Assembly (NCBI RefSeq): GCF_009914755.1
Contig: NC_060938.1
DNA from: the human T2T-CHM13v2.0 reference genome, Homo sapiens
Length of the DNA stretch: 64,000 bases
Direction: 5' to 3' (one strand)
Position 1 is the first letter of the stretch. Each line of letters starts with the position of its first letter. Below the pieces are notes generated by a model. The model was not told where the DNA came from and did not search any database. It was given only the letters and a program-made list of their open reading frames with translations. This document shows, piece after piece, positions 40,381 to 55,125 of this stretch. The translations under genes and the position numbers were made by a program.

Positions 40381-40949
40381 GAACACAAAAACTATTAATA
40401 ATTTTTTAAACTGACTACATAATTTGATTAGTGAATCACTTTTTATAGTCCAAGAACTCTACCCAGAAAGCGTCACTTGGCCTGAAAAGACAGGAAGAAC
40501 AGAGGAGTCTGGGCCTCAGAAAGAGAACCTGAAGACTTAGGTCAGTTCTTTCCAGAGTGTTTTGTAGCACTGGTCTCCACATACTTCTTGTTCATATTCC
40601 TCCTAGGTGACTTTTGAAAAAACAGATACTTCTCATGTATTTTTTTATTGACATCTAATATTATTTTCCTAAGTTTTAACTAGTTGCAAAGATGCATTTT
40701 AGCTATTGAGATTTGAAAGTAAAATGGTTACATCACCTCTTTAAATAGGTCCATGGAATATACAATCTGATACTCAATATCTTTCACTGAAAAATATGAA
40801 AGCACTGCCTTCTTTAATAGAAATGCTATGATATTTCTTTTTCTCCTTGAATCATTTTCCATGACACTTTTCCCCACAGAATTTTATCTTCATGTAGTAT
40901 GTTCATTTGCTGGAAAATCATTTACTAATTATGATTTCATATTACATGG

Positions 40950-41327
40950 TATATTAGACTGTCCTCATATTGCTACAAAGAACTACCTGAGATTGGGTAA
41001 TTTATAAAGAAAAGAGGTTTAATTGGCTAACAGTTCTGCAGGCTGTACAGGAAGCATGGCTGCAGAGGCTCAGGAAACTTACAATCATGGTGGAAGGCGG
41101 AGAGGAAGGAGGCATATTTTACATAGCCAGAGCAAGAGGAAGAGAGTGAAGGGGGAGATGCTACACACTTTTAAACAACCAGATCTGAGAACTCACTCAC
41201 TATCACAAGAACAGCAAGGAAGAAACTCGCCCCATGATCAAATCACTTCCCACCAAGCCCCTCTTCCAACACTGGGGATTATATTCGACAGGAGATTTGG
41301 ATGGGGCACAAATCCAAACCATAATCA
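40950..41327 (-). mobile_element. MSTA-like solo LTR
   Basis: ttctgcaggctgtacaggaagcatgg MST motif; TSD CATGG (40945-40949, 41328-41332). Confidence 0.9.
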
Positions 41328-44300
41328 CATGGGAAGTGGGAAAATGTAGGTTTTTTGAGACTGAGAATCTTATCACTAAAATTATATTAGTACAGACTTG
41401 ATTTAAACAATATAAATGTATTATATAATGTGAAAAGTATTTATTGGAAATGCATCTGTTAATCAGATGGATGAGGCTATTTTTTTTCTAATAATTCATG
41501 TACTTGGAAGATCATCACTTGTTGCTGGAATGGAACAGAGGGTTCAGTATGCTGCTTATTTTTTTTTCATTTTTCTAATTAAGAACTGAGAAATTTGCTC
41601 ACATAATAAGAATATGGAAATTTTAATTCCTGGAAATTCTTCCAAGCTACAAAAAGAATATACAGTGCCATACTAAATCATCAAAAATGGTTTCCCATAA
41701 CCTGTCAGCTGAAACTCTATTAGGTATATCTTCAATTATGTTGAAAACAAAAAGAATTGAAAACCACCTTAGTTGCAGAAGAATCTGTTACTCAAACCTA
41801 AAAGCTATTCACTGTTTTCTACACCAAGACCAATTTCCATTTGTTTGTTTAGTGCCCTGGAGCGTTTTTGTTGTTGTTTTCCAAGGAGTAATGTACCAAT
41901 AATATGATTAAGGTTGCTCAGTATGTGGATTTTTTTCTCTTTTATAAAGAGATAAGAGTGATTATAATGGGTGGGGGAGGAGAACTTAAATCTCATCAAA
42001 TCTTTCTGAAGCAGATTTTAGGAAACTATACACATACAGGTTTTGTAGATATTTAGGTTGATTCCTTAAAAATATCCTTCTACTTGCATACCCTTGTTTG
42101 AAGCTTGTACTTTAAAACAAGCAAATAAAAATAACCAATCCTATAAATAAGTGTCCTAAAATGTGTACCAAAAAGATATGTTTGAGAAATGCTACTTTTG
42201 CTTTTCTCCTTAAAAAACTCACAATGTTCACTGTTGGCATATAATGAACATATGGGTGTTCTTTGGTAAAGAAACCTGTTTGGCTTGTTTAACACAGGCT
42301 TTCTAAATCAAATTTGAACACAGGACACTTTTCTCTTGTGACATTATTTGACAACCCACAGTACTAGTATTCCATTGGTACACATGTAGCACTATACTAG
42401 ATGTGGCTACTGAAAAGAATGGCGATATATAAAATAGGAACTCCGAAGAAAAGTGGCTTTAGAAAATAAGGGCTCAATGACACTGGTTGCTGAAGTCATA
42501 GGAAAGTGAATTTTGCTAACTATGGAATCTGAGAGAGTAGAGAGGGACCCAGGGGCTGAGCAGGATGTTGCACATTTAGAACAGAAAGAGGGCTAGTTGA
42601 AGAAATATGGGGGAAGGGAGAAGACTCAATGTTGCCACCAAGCTATTATATAAGAGACTTTGACAAGACGATCTAACATCTAGGATATTTCATACATATT
42701 CAACAGATAAGCTGCTGCTGAGAATATTCTTTCATTTTGAAGCTGGGGGCGGATGGGGAGCCTAGACAAAAAATAACTCTGCATCTCCAGAGATCAAGGG
42801 AGTTAAGAAAATTCATTCAGTCTCAAATGGTGCTAGATGGAAAAATGGTAATTTAGAGGAGGAGAAAAAGGATAGCATGGCCCAAAATATAAGAATATGT
42901 GAAAAACTGACCTGCCTGGAGAAAATGGGTACAAAGTCCAGATGAGAGCAATGAATCTTTAAATTGATGCAGATGAATTAATATGTGAATGAGGGAAATT
43001 TAACTTGTTTTGTTTTTCGTATACAGACAGCTTTCTCTCTGAGATACCCTAGCACTATAATCAAATTTTGTGTGCTCAATGCAGTGCATATATTTTGGGG
43101 AAAAAAGGTGACATAAGAGAAGTGAAAGACGACAGTCAAGCTTTAAGCAGGAGGTGGAATCTTTACTGAGCCTCTAAAGGACACAGAAGTCACCTAAGAT
43201 ACAGAGCTGATAATAAGGTGTGTCCAGAAGGTGTCTCTCTTGAAAGGCTTTCTATAATGTACCTGTTCTCTTCTCAGTACCCACAGTGTAATTTTTAAAG
43301 GTTTAGAAACATCATAGAAAAAATTACAAAGATAAGTAAAGGAGAAAAACTGAACAGCATAGACAACAACCACAGTGAAAAAATACAATTTTTGTCTATA
43401 TAGTCCCTGTAATATTTAGATCAGCATCCTTCTTAGAGTTCTCTGAACATACATTTGACAGGACTGGACTGGGTCTGAACACATTGTAAGCTGGGAGCTG
43501 ATACTGGATGTCACTGAATTGACTCCTCAATCAAACCTACATTTTCAGGATACCTTTGTAATATGTATCCCCTTTGTACATAGTACGTTGTACTATGGTC
43601 AGTCCATAGCATTACTAAAGAATGCAACTACCAGCAAAGATTTAAATATGGAATCCAAGAGACAGATTATATTTGGCTTTAATATCAGTTACTATGACAA
43701 CAAATGGGTTATTTAAAGTGGTTAGCATTCTAGCCCACTGAGTTAATAATATGGACAAGAATGGCATAAAAGTTGAGCAAAAGCAAATTACCTCAATGTC
43801 ATATCACATAGCAATGACAATGAAAGCTGTGTAGGCTTAAGAGGGTTCAGAGGGTTTGGAAAAACATCGTTAGGAAGGACAAATCCATCAAAAAATATAA
43901 ACAGTTTTATTTATAACTAGCAGCACATTTTTGATGCCTCCTCAATATCATGTTCTTCAGGCTTTTTAAAATTCAAGCCTTCAGATTTAAAACAAAACAA
44001 AACAAAAAGCCAAATTGGAACAGAAATTGGCATTTAGCTAGAATCTTTTACAACTGCATGATCTCCATTTACTAATTATCCCCTTTCCATCTCAAGCACA
44101 TGGTCAAGAGTGAAATGTGAAATTAGATCTTGGATATCCAGAAGATTTTAACAAGGAAAAAGGTAATGCAATAAGTAAGTAAGGATCAAGTTTTATAAGC
44201 TGCTGTTTGAAAGATTCATCTGCTAAAAGCAGCAAAGAATGGCATATCATAAGATGTTAAAGCAGATGGCCTAAGTCACAGTGCTACATTACACAAGTAT

Positions 44301-45019
44301 GAAGACTAGAACTGAAATAGCCTAAGTAATATTTTTATTAACAAGATGCCAAGTACAGCAGCAAAAATACCTTTAGGAAGAAATCTCACTTCAAGAAAGG
44401 TTTTTCCTCTTTACACTTTATGCTATTTTCTGAATTACTCTTGTTCTGTTGCATATGTTTAAGTGTCTGGGTGCTCACCATGCCCAGATGAAAGAAACTA
44501 ACCTCTTTCCTTAAATGAGGGCCTCCTTGTCTTATGAGCCCACCTGTGTGATGGAGATAAATGAGTGTAAACTAAACCAGCAACCTAGGAAAGAGTGCAC
44601 TATACTGTATAGTCTTGCAGATAATTTTTTGCACAGTAAACAAGGAGAGTGGGGGACTCATTGGTCTTTGAATTAGTTATAAAGAAAGCAACACTCATTA
44701 AGTCTGTGATGACACTAAATGTTGCTAGAGTGATCTTAAGATTATAAAGGTAATGCCAGGTAGTCACTTCCAGAATCCAGACACACAGTAGTGGCTGTAA
44801 ACAGGGAGCTGTGATTACCCACAGACATTTCAACTACAAAACCAGGCTACGACAAGCAGATCAGAGAGCTGACACTCAGAAATGCAAAAGACTTTTTCAA
44901 ATCAGAAAGAACAGGCTAAGGCTGAACAAATGGATTCACCTATATAGCCCTATCAATACATATTGTTCACTAATATATGTGTATTCATTCATCTATGGAT
45001 TATATTTAGGGACCACTGT

Positions 45020-45230
45020 GGGAATGGTGTAGTGGTTAAAAGCATGGAATTTCAAATCAGACAACCTTGTTTTGAATTTTCAGCTCCTCCACTCTGGATG
45101 AGTTAACATGACTTAATCTTGGCTTTATTTGTATTTTTCTCACAAGGCTGTCCCAAATATCAAATGTGTTTAAAGCCCTTAGATCAGCGACTGACACAAA
45201 ATTTACACCATACACTGTTTGATGTTATTA
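45020..45230 (+). mobile_element. MIR
   Basis: tggtgtagtggttaaaagcatggaatttcaaatcagac tRNA-derived head. Confidence 0.65.
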
Positions 45231-47425
45231 TTAAATAGTATGTGCATTGTAAAATACATATAAAATAGAAAAATGATGCAAATAGGCACCAGTGGAAATT
45301 CTGATGTTTTTCTCCCTTACTCCATGAATTTGCTTGGGCAACACCATCTAGGCCATCAATCTGAAGAATAGAAGTTCAATAGGGAAAGTTTTGAGCAAAG
45401 TACAGTCAAAAGACAAAGATGGCAGACCTTATTCAAATACAGAACAGGAAAGTTAAGACCAAAAGGTCATAATATTTGGCCTGACAGGCCCTGGTATCTT
45501 GGACTTCACTTTCATGGAGATGAAGAGCATAGATTTGAAAGCTTAATATCATTATATGTGAATCCTATATCTATCTCTCTTTATGAAAATTTGGCTTTCT
45601 TTACAGCTTTCTAACAAGGAAAAAATGTCATAGCCAAAGAATGATACTACCTCTTTGGCAGGTAAATGTATCATAATACATAAATTAATCATCATTCTGC
45701 TTATAAACTTAACATTATTGTGAGTTTTTTCAGCATGAGTCAGCCTCCCAAGTTCATTGCAAAGTGTGAGTCTTAGGGCCTATCGGGCTGTGGGGTAGAT
45801 CCTGCACAAAGGCAAATTTAGCAGGATAATTCTTGCCTTTGCCTGCCTGCCAGTCTGGCTGTATTGTCCTGGTGACATCCGGCTTCTAAGATGCTACTAC
45901 TTTAAGTTTTCTAAGTTCAATCTGGCACTGCATAGTTGGGTCAATAAATTGGAAATTTCTCCTTTATGTTTTCATGTCTCACAATCTTAAGAACGTGGAT
46001 TTAGTTAGGCACGTGGATTCAAATTATAAATTGTTATTTTGTTTCCACCACCCCCACCACTGCCACCCATCCTCCATCCCCAAAAGCCTTATGATCTCAT
46101 CACCTAAGAAAAGTATTCAGGACACAACTAAATAGTAATATGAAGCCATATTTTTCAAGCTTCTCTTAGAAAATATGTGATTTATATTTTCTGGCTGAAG
46201 GACTGTCTTTTGAATTAGAAAAGTCTTTGATCTACTACTAGTTTTTTAGTGTTTCAGTGGAGTCCTCATTAAAAAACTGTTATAGGGTAGTACAACTGAT
46301 GATGTTCTTTATTTTCTGACCATTACTGTGATTGTCATACATGCAAAGAGCTAGAAAGTTCCAATAGATTAATCTGCATTGGACTTTCTTAGGCCAACTC
46401 TCAGGCTTCATTCCATGGTGGTGATCACATCTGAATAGCAAAAGCATCACATTTGCTTGCATTTGGCAGAAGATGATTTGCCTTGACAAATATTCACTTA
46501 TAAGTCAACATTTTTAGCCATTCTTTATATCAAAATGAAAAATTAATTTATTAATTTTATCCTAATTTTTACCATTTGTCATTTACAATTTTTACCATTT
46601 TCATAAAGAAAAATAACAATTGAACTCTAAGTTCAAAAACTCCAACAAGCACCAACCAACCTGTGACCACACTTACATCTATGGAGCAGTACAAGCTTTC
46701 AAAGTCATGTTCCATTTTGTAACAGGTTTAGCCAAAATGATGATATTCAAACCACTTTTTATATCACAGAATTTACCCCATTACCATTTCTCGAACCCAT
46801 GAAGAAAGTTAAAGCTATTTAAGTCAGCGTGTCCTTGTGTAATAATTTAATAACTGCAATTGTTTTCAAGAAGCAGGGAGGCATTAGTTTTGAAATCTGT
46901 CCTATATTTGTACTTCTGAGACCCATCTATAATGAACTCACTAATAAATCACATACTACTGAAAATTTCTTCACAGGTGTTTCTGCTCTAAAATCTTTGG
47001 CAAATGGAACATGTCATTATAGACATCATCAGTAAAAGATAATAAACAAAAAATAATAGAGCCAAACTACTAAAATTCATAATTATTTGCTCCAGGTAGG
47101 CTAAAAGTATTGGGTTGACTGCAATTTTTCAACCATTTCTTAAAGCATATTTTTGGAACACAGTACAATTAGTCTTCTATGGCATTACTCAAAAAGGATA
47201 CCTTTAAAAAAGACAGAGTGAATTGGACATCGAAAGTCTTTTTTAAAGGGCTGAACTAAGTTTTCTACATTCCAAGTCTTACCTTCTAAGGAAGTGTCAA
47301 ATAATTTAAAATATTTTCTTAGTAATTAGGGCTTTTCACTCTGTTGACTCTAGTCAATATATTTCACTTCAGTTTTAAAAAATATTTGTGATTTTTTTCT
47401 TTAAAAATTTTATGATTTTATTTTT

Positions 47426-47692
47426 ATTTTATTTTATTTTTATTGTGGAATACATATGCAGAATGTGCAGGTTTGTTACATAGGTATACACGTGCCATGG
47501 TAGTATACACGTGCCATGGTAGTATACACTTGCCATGGGTAAATGACCCATCAACTCGTCATTTACATTAGGTATTTCTCCTAATGCTATTCCACCCCTA
47601 GCCTCCCATCCCCAGACAGGCCCCCATGTGTGATGTTCCCCTCCCTGTGTCAGTGTTTTCTCATTGTTCAACTCCCACTTATGTGTGAGAAC
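47426..47692 (-). mobile_element. Very short 5'-truncated L1PA (PA7-like) 3'UTR with internal 19-bp triplication
   Basis: Aligns with the copy at 30371; TSD ATGATTTTATTTTT (47412-47425, 47693-47706). Confidence 0.9.
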
Positions 47693-47735
47693 ATGATTTT
47701 ATTTTTTAATGTTGCTGTAAAAAGGTACCTATGTT

Positions 47736-48136
47736 CAGTGTTATGCTGGTAAATGTTTAACAAGTAGCTCTCTAAACAAATGAAACCAAGCAAAACAAAA
47801 AGCTTCGATTTGTAGCATTTGCCAATTTCTATGATGAAATATTCTCAACAGGGCAGTTTTCAAATTACCACTATAATGGCATTGAATGCAGAGTTAGGAA
47901 GAGATGCACTGTACATCATTACATAGCATTTCCATCATATGGATTCAGTAGACATAAATAATTTCAAAAGCATTTGTAATACAGTAAAAGAATTATGAAG
48001 TGATTAGTTTTGAGTATGTATTACATTTGGTTTTAATATATTTAATTGTAACACCGTGTCATTTAATTTGTAATGGTCACTGTGTTTAAGAATAATCTTT
48101 CACAGGCCATGAAGAGATGGCTCTAGCACATCACTC
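47736..48136. mobile_element. MER63-like hAT DNA transposon
   Basis: Termini cagtgttatgctgg / ctagcacatcactc; perfect 8-bp TSD CCTATGTT (47728-47735, 48137-48144). Confidence 0.85.
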
Positions 48137-48719
48137 CCTATGTTATAAAGTTAATCAAGATTTAATAATATATGTATCTCCATGATAGCAAAATTCATAT
48201 TTTAAATATCCATATAAAAACATTCTAGAGAGTTTTCATTAGTTGGTCTATTTTCTATTCATGATAGTTTGAGTATGTTACTATCTTATTTGCTTTGAAG
48301 TTCATGGAGAAGACCCTAAATGTAATGGCATAAACCTGACATTATTGTGGAAGCCAGTGTTTAACTTCGTTTTGGGAATGCATTAAAAAAAAAAAAAACT
48401 CATTAGCTTATCATAGGATAAAATTATTTTATTTAAAAACTGACTAGCCAAATCTGAAAACTCCTAGAGGAATCACAACTCCACTGTAAGGAGTGGTGAC
48501 ATTACTATAATCTTATCTCACATTAGAGGCCTTCCATGTTAATACCAAATAAACTAATGCGCCCAAGTTCCCAATAACACAGAAGTTTAAAATTTTCCAA
48601 TCAAGCTCTCTTCAGACTTTTAAAAAGCAAATCACAAATCACAACACCTACCACATAAGATATACAGAAATCATAATCTCTAGCCTCCACAAATCTTTAC
48701 TACTATTATTACAACTAAT

Positions 48720-48960
48720 GCTATTGATTGCAAACACTATGAGCAAGGCATGGGTCTAGGATTAAATGAGGTCACATAATCCTCATATGTTACCTCATTT
48801 AATCCTCACAGCAAAATAGGGAGGTACCTCTCATCTTCAATGTATAGGTGGACAAAGAGATGTAGTTTAAATAGACTAAGTAACTAGCCCAAATTATCGC
48901 AGGGATAAAGCTGGAACCCAAACCCAGGTCTGCTTAACTCCCAAGCCCATTCTTTATTCC
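48720..48960 (-). mobile_element. MIR
   Basis: cctcatttaatcctcacagc..gctggaacccaaacccaggtctg..actcccaagccca. Confidence 0.7.
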
Positions 48961-48989
48961 AGAACATTTATTATCATATTATCTCTACT

Positions 48990-49800
48990 CACCTGTCCTC
49001 TGTCTACCCAGTGTTCAAACTAGAAACCCCAGACTTATTTAATTTTGTCTAGTCCTTCACTCCCTACATATATTCAATCACTAAATCCCATAGGCTATAC
49101 TTCCAAAATAAGTCTCAGACACGTTCATCTCCACTGCCACTACCCTGGTCAGGCCACTGTCATATCTGACCAATGTAACTACGAGTCTTCTACTTCGTCT
49201 CCTTCTCTTCCATCTTGCCACTATTCCCTGCCTCCTCATGCTCAATCATTCTTTAGCATGTAGCTAGAATAATCTTCCTAAAATTAAAATCTGATTCTGT
49301 CAATATCTTAATTAAAATATTTCAGAGAGGACTCAACTCCAAAGTCCTTATGTAGATTTTCCTCAGCTCTTCAGGATCTGTTCCCTATAATCTCTTCAGT
49401 CTCTGGAATTGTATTTTCCCCTCTTAGAGTGACTGATTTCTGGTTCTCTGAAGGTGTCAAGCTCTCACCACTTAGCTTTCTAACAAGTAATTTTCTCTGC
49501 CTGAGGTGCTAATCTTCTGCTCCTACTCTTCTCCAACACTTCCAGTGTAATTTGATTAATTATTCAACTTTCAACTTCACTCTTTATGCATAGCCTTTTT
49601 GGGCTCTCAAAGTCTAGGAGAGGTGCTCTGCCTTCATGTTATCCAGAACATCCCCATTCAAAACACTTAGCACACTAATTCATAATTTTCCTGTTCTCTG
49701 AAGTCAGAAACTATGTCTGTCTTATTTTTGTCTATATACCTAACTTTGAATATAGTGGCTTACATGGTAATGGTAATCAATAAACATTTGTTGAATGAAT
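48990..49800 (+). mobile_element. L2 3' portion
   Basis: ccactgccactaccctggtcaggccact..caataaacatttgttgaatgaat end. Confidence 0.7.
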
Positions 49801-50758
49801 TGATGAGTTTATTCAGAGGATTAATGAGGGATGATTACATGAAGTACCTGGTAACACTGTCCTTGTTAAGAATCTAACCATGTCTATAGATACAAAGGTG
49901 GAAAAGGGAAATGACACAGTAAAAGCTATTTTGACCTCTCCACTTTGATCTCAAAATATGATTCTTTTTTTGGTAAATACACAGTTTTTAATCATAATTA
50001 TATGAATGTGGAAATATTCTAAGTGAAAAAAAACAGTCTTTAAAATTAAGATCACAAAGGCAATTTAATGACTTGGAAAGGAAATGAAATGATTTTAAAT
50101 TCCATTAAAATTCATTTTATTGAATGTTTTTATATGTATTCATCATAACTAATGTTAATGACATAAAAAATTTGACTCATTGATTTAATTTTGTCCATAT
50201 CCAATTTTTAATTGTTATTTATGTCATTTTTTTTCTTTTCCAGTCACTGTGACTGTTGATTCCTAATTTCTCAGGTCACGAATGGCAAATAGAAACTTTG
50301 TCACAATAATTTAATTTTTCCATTATTTTCTGGAAATAATGGTTTAAGTGTATGCATATCTGAACAATATCTGTTTTATAGGTTACTTCTAATGAACACA
50401 CACATACCAATTTGAAAATCCCATAGAAAACACAATCTTCCTCAATTGTTTTTTTCTTCTACAAATTTTAAACTTAAATTTTGTCCACTGTTTGCTTTGT
50501 GTTATTTGTACTGGTATTATTTATTATGAATGATATAAATGATTAATAATTTGATTTATTTTTCTGAACAAAATATAAAGCACTTAAAATAATTTCAAGC
50601 CCTTTAGTAAGTCAAAGTTATAGTTTCTAGGTGCTCAACATTAGGGTCAAAATGTTATGGTTTGATTAACAAACATTTATTGGTAGTACTGAGCAACGTT
50701 CTTTCTGCCCTTCCCTTGAGTTTTAAACATTATTTTGTTTATGGGCTTAAGTACCTAA

Positions 50759-51154
<396 letters not shown>

Positions 51155-54100
51155 TAAAAATAATTTTGAAAAATTTATTTTAAAAAGAATGATACTAAAA
51201 GAACAAATGGCTGGATTCTACTGACTATTTAAAAAACAGAAAAGACAGGAATACAAACAATAGTCAGGACTAGAATTCAGACACATTCCATCCTGAAACT
51301 CTATAATAATGAGAAAGCAAGGTGCCAAATGCCTCTAAACTCTCCATTTCTGAAAACTTGAAGTGTTTTACTGTCATATGTCTAGATGCAATTCTGATCT
51401 CTTTGGTGCCAAAACCTTATAATTATGTAACCTTTAGAAACAAAGATGCAGTTTGGGTTGCACAGTTATGTCTACCCTGTGATGATCTGATGATACTATG
51501 AAACTCTACTGCAAACTATGTCTGAAACATTCTCTGCATTAATGAAGCATGAATTAATTCTATGAGTAGATAAATTATTGGCAATGTTAATGGAAATCAG
51601 TGTTTAAGGATAAATGCTGCCATATGCAATAGAATAATAGCAAAATATGATTTAAATAAATATGCTTTACTTTTTCTGTAAGCATATTAACACTTTTGGG
51701 ATTATAAAGTTTTCACAGAGTACTGTGAAGTAAGGCTCACTGTGAGCTAAGTCCTACTTGTTAATACCTGGGTAAAACTGAGGAGGAGAAAAAAATCTCT
51801 GTGGATTGAGGAAGGCTCCAATGGTAGGACTTGGCATTTAAGTACAGTAGTTAGGTTTAGCTGAGGGATATAGTTTAGGAAAATATTCTGTCATCCTTAA
51901 GATCACTGCCTAGTACTATACGTAGTAGGACTTCATGGGCCCTTCCCTAAGCATTTTTTTTTGGTGAAGCTATGTCATATATGTATTCTTATAAAAGGGA
52001 AGCTATAGGCCCTTCGAAACGATCCATGGTCATCATTAACTATATTCATTTATACCATTCTGTACGTGAAGAACATAAAGTCAGTTACTTTCTCATGTAC
52101 CAATTTCCTTATCCAAAAAGTAAAAAGACTAGACAGGACAGTTTTCATAGAATGAGTGTATAATTTGTATTTCTAAATCAGAGGACTTTGTGTCTTCATT
52201 GAAAATTTAGGAGACCATAATTAATCAAAGAAGCAGTAGTAATAACTCATTCTAATCAGCAAGTAGCATTTTTTATGAAAATTCCTGAAACATCATAAAT
52301 AACCAGGTTCTGAAAAAAATTCAAGTAATTGCAAGCTATAGAACATAAATATGCTTTGTTGATCCTTGCTTCATTAAAGTATCAGTAAAGTATATGACAG
52401 ACTCTAGAATTTGGTAAGTTCTAGGCTCTTACTCAGAGCATAATGTTTTTTCAGATTTTAACATAAAAATTTCAAGTTTGTGACATCTTTGTGAGTACTG
52501 AGATGAGAAAAATTCAGTAGAAATAAGCAAGTGATATAGCATCATCTATGTAGGCACCTTTGAGGGTCTGTTTTCATCTATATTCTTAGATTCTTTCAAC
52601 ATATGACAAAAGAGACTGATGAAATAAAGTCTGGAAAAACACCAATATTTTTTCCCCTTGCAACCCATTACATCAGCCAGCATTTCCCTGTAGTTGTGAT
52701 TATTACATTATGACTTGATTACTAACTATTACTGCCACAGTTGGAAAAGTGAAAGCACAGCGTGGAGCCATTTCCATTAAAGGAATATGAAATTCCATAA
52801 CAAGCTCTGAGGCTGCACGGCTGCTGTGGGGTTGATCTCAGAAGTGCATAACTATCTACTTAAGATGCTGTTTGAAGGAGCACCCTAACTTACATCATTA
52901 TTTCATTTAGTTTGAACTGTACCATGGATTTTTCCATTAAGCAATACCAGACACTTAAACACTGTTATTTGTGTTCCAAAAAAGGTAATGTGATTTTTTT
53001 TCTACCTACTTTCCAGAGTACCAGAATTTTCTACTGCGTGTATGTGCAATCCTGATTGTGTCTAATAGAACAGGATCAAGCGGTTCCATAAACTAGAGAC
53101 TGCCAGTCATCTTGAAGTGGCATAACTGAGAAGAGAAGCGTTAATATTCATGTGGGTAATATTTGTATATGCCATGTAAGAACTCGGAGAGAAAGTAGTT
53201 TCAGTTGCTATGATTTAACAGAAGAACATAAAATAAAAAGACCCAAATATATTCAAAACATATAGATTAATGTTAATGGGGAAAAGGAATGGTAATACCA
53301 CTTTACATCTCTTCTTGGTTTATGTGTGGCTCAAATGACAAGGTGGCATGAGATGAGGAGGTGATGTGAGGAAGCTCTTTTACGGTGTTTTTAGGACAAA
53401 ATACAGTGATGGAAAAATACAAAAACTTCTTAAATATTTTATAGGAGAGTAATCATCACTGTAAGAAAACTACAAATACATTTTAATTTATGCTTGGAAT
53501 AGGCTGTATGTAAGCGTGCACTGTTTGTGTGTGTGTGTGGGCACGTGAGCACACGTGTGAATATGCTCTCAAAATAATAGAAAGACGTAGAAATATATGT
53601 CTTCATTTGACTTTCAAAACAAAAGAGGCTTGTTTACTCATGTGATTTCCTCTAACCGCAATCCTGCAGGGAAAATCTATACTTAGCAGGATTGAAGATG
53701 TCCCTAGAAGCTTTCCAGGGAAAGTTAAAAGGAAGTCACTCCTCCTCTTCTGTCTGTTTGCCATTTTCTTTCCTGTGTAGGATTACTAACTTTAGTCTTG
53801 AATGCATATGCTCTGCAGTAGAAAATGCAAGGTTTTAGGGTTTTATTATCAGAGAGAGGAACTTAAAAATGGTTCCAGACCTCCATATCTGCACCCCAAA
53901 CCTTTCCTGCCCCCAAAGTCTTAGCTCTACCTGCCTTTGCATTAGTGCTGCTCCAATACTAGCAACAGCTTCACCTTCGAATTCCTTCTTTTTATTTTTA
54001 ATATTTTAAGCACAATTAATTGAAAATCCCTAATGCAATTCTGTCCTATTTCCCCACAACTAATTTTGAACAGAAAATACCTACAAAAGTACAGTGCGAG

Positions 54101-54929
54101 CAAGTCTGTTGGCCAACTAAGAGTTTGCATGTGTTTTTTCTTTTTGAAAAAGATGAAAATAAAGTTGAAATGTAAAAATCTAAAATGTGGTTCCAGGTTC
54201 TTTCGCAAATATTCACTCTGCAGCAGAGAATGAGAATTGCGTATAAGTAGAACCCTGGGAAAAACAGACTGATTTGAAAGATGCTGGGAGTGCTCATTGC
54301 CCTGGAAGGAGTCATCAAACAGCAGTAGGAATGATAAAAGTCAGAGTTCCCGTCCCATTCCTGTGGCTGGCTCTGCACCTCCTGACCTTGAATAAGTCAT
54401 TTAAGCTACAGAGACCATTCTTTTCTCCCTTTAGACATAAAACATCAATAATGTTAGAAAATAGCTAAAAAACTTTAAAAACTTATAAATAATTTTATCA
54501 GTAAAATTTTGTTTATAAATAATTTCTCAAATATCAAATATTCATTCCTTATTTTCTTCTGGATTTCTAAAATAATTTTCTTTCTCAGTTGTGGTGACCA
54601 AATTCCAGAAAAACTGTTTTAATCTAGGACTTCACCCTTGACAAGTCACAGTATGCTGAAAATCACTTTTAAGTTGATAGTTTGCTATTGTGTACACCCC
54701 AGTTTTGACACTCTAGATATTCATAAACAACGTTTTGCTTTTCCTTTACATGCTATTATTTCATGAAAGTATCCTCAAGCCAAAACCTTGACAAAGTCAA
54801 ATGAAAATGCTTAGCATTTTTTTTCTTTAGTTAAGTATAAATAAGAAATACAACACATTAAGTGTTAAAATGAAATTTAAGGGAAGACGAGGGAAAGGAA
54901 ACAACTAATGAAAGAGCAATTGTTAATTT

Positions 54930-55125
54930 CGTTGAGACCTAACTACCTGCCCAGGCCCTTTGCTAGGTGCTTTCTATGGGCTGCCTCACTTACCATCACA
55001 CAACCCCACGAGGGAGGCATCATGATTATCTCTATTGCACAGATGAAGAAACTGAAGTCAAAGCTAAAGGTCTTACTGAAGGTTTCATTGTGGGTGAATG
55101 GCCAAGCTATCTCTGATACCAGTTA
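54930..55125 (-). mobile_element. MIR
   Basis: cacaaccccacgagggagg..acagatgaagaaactgaag. Confidence 0.7.
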
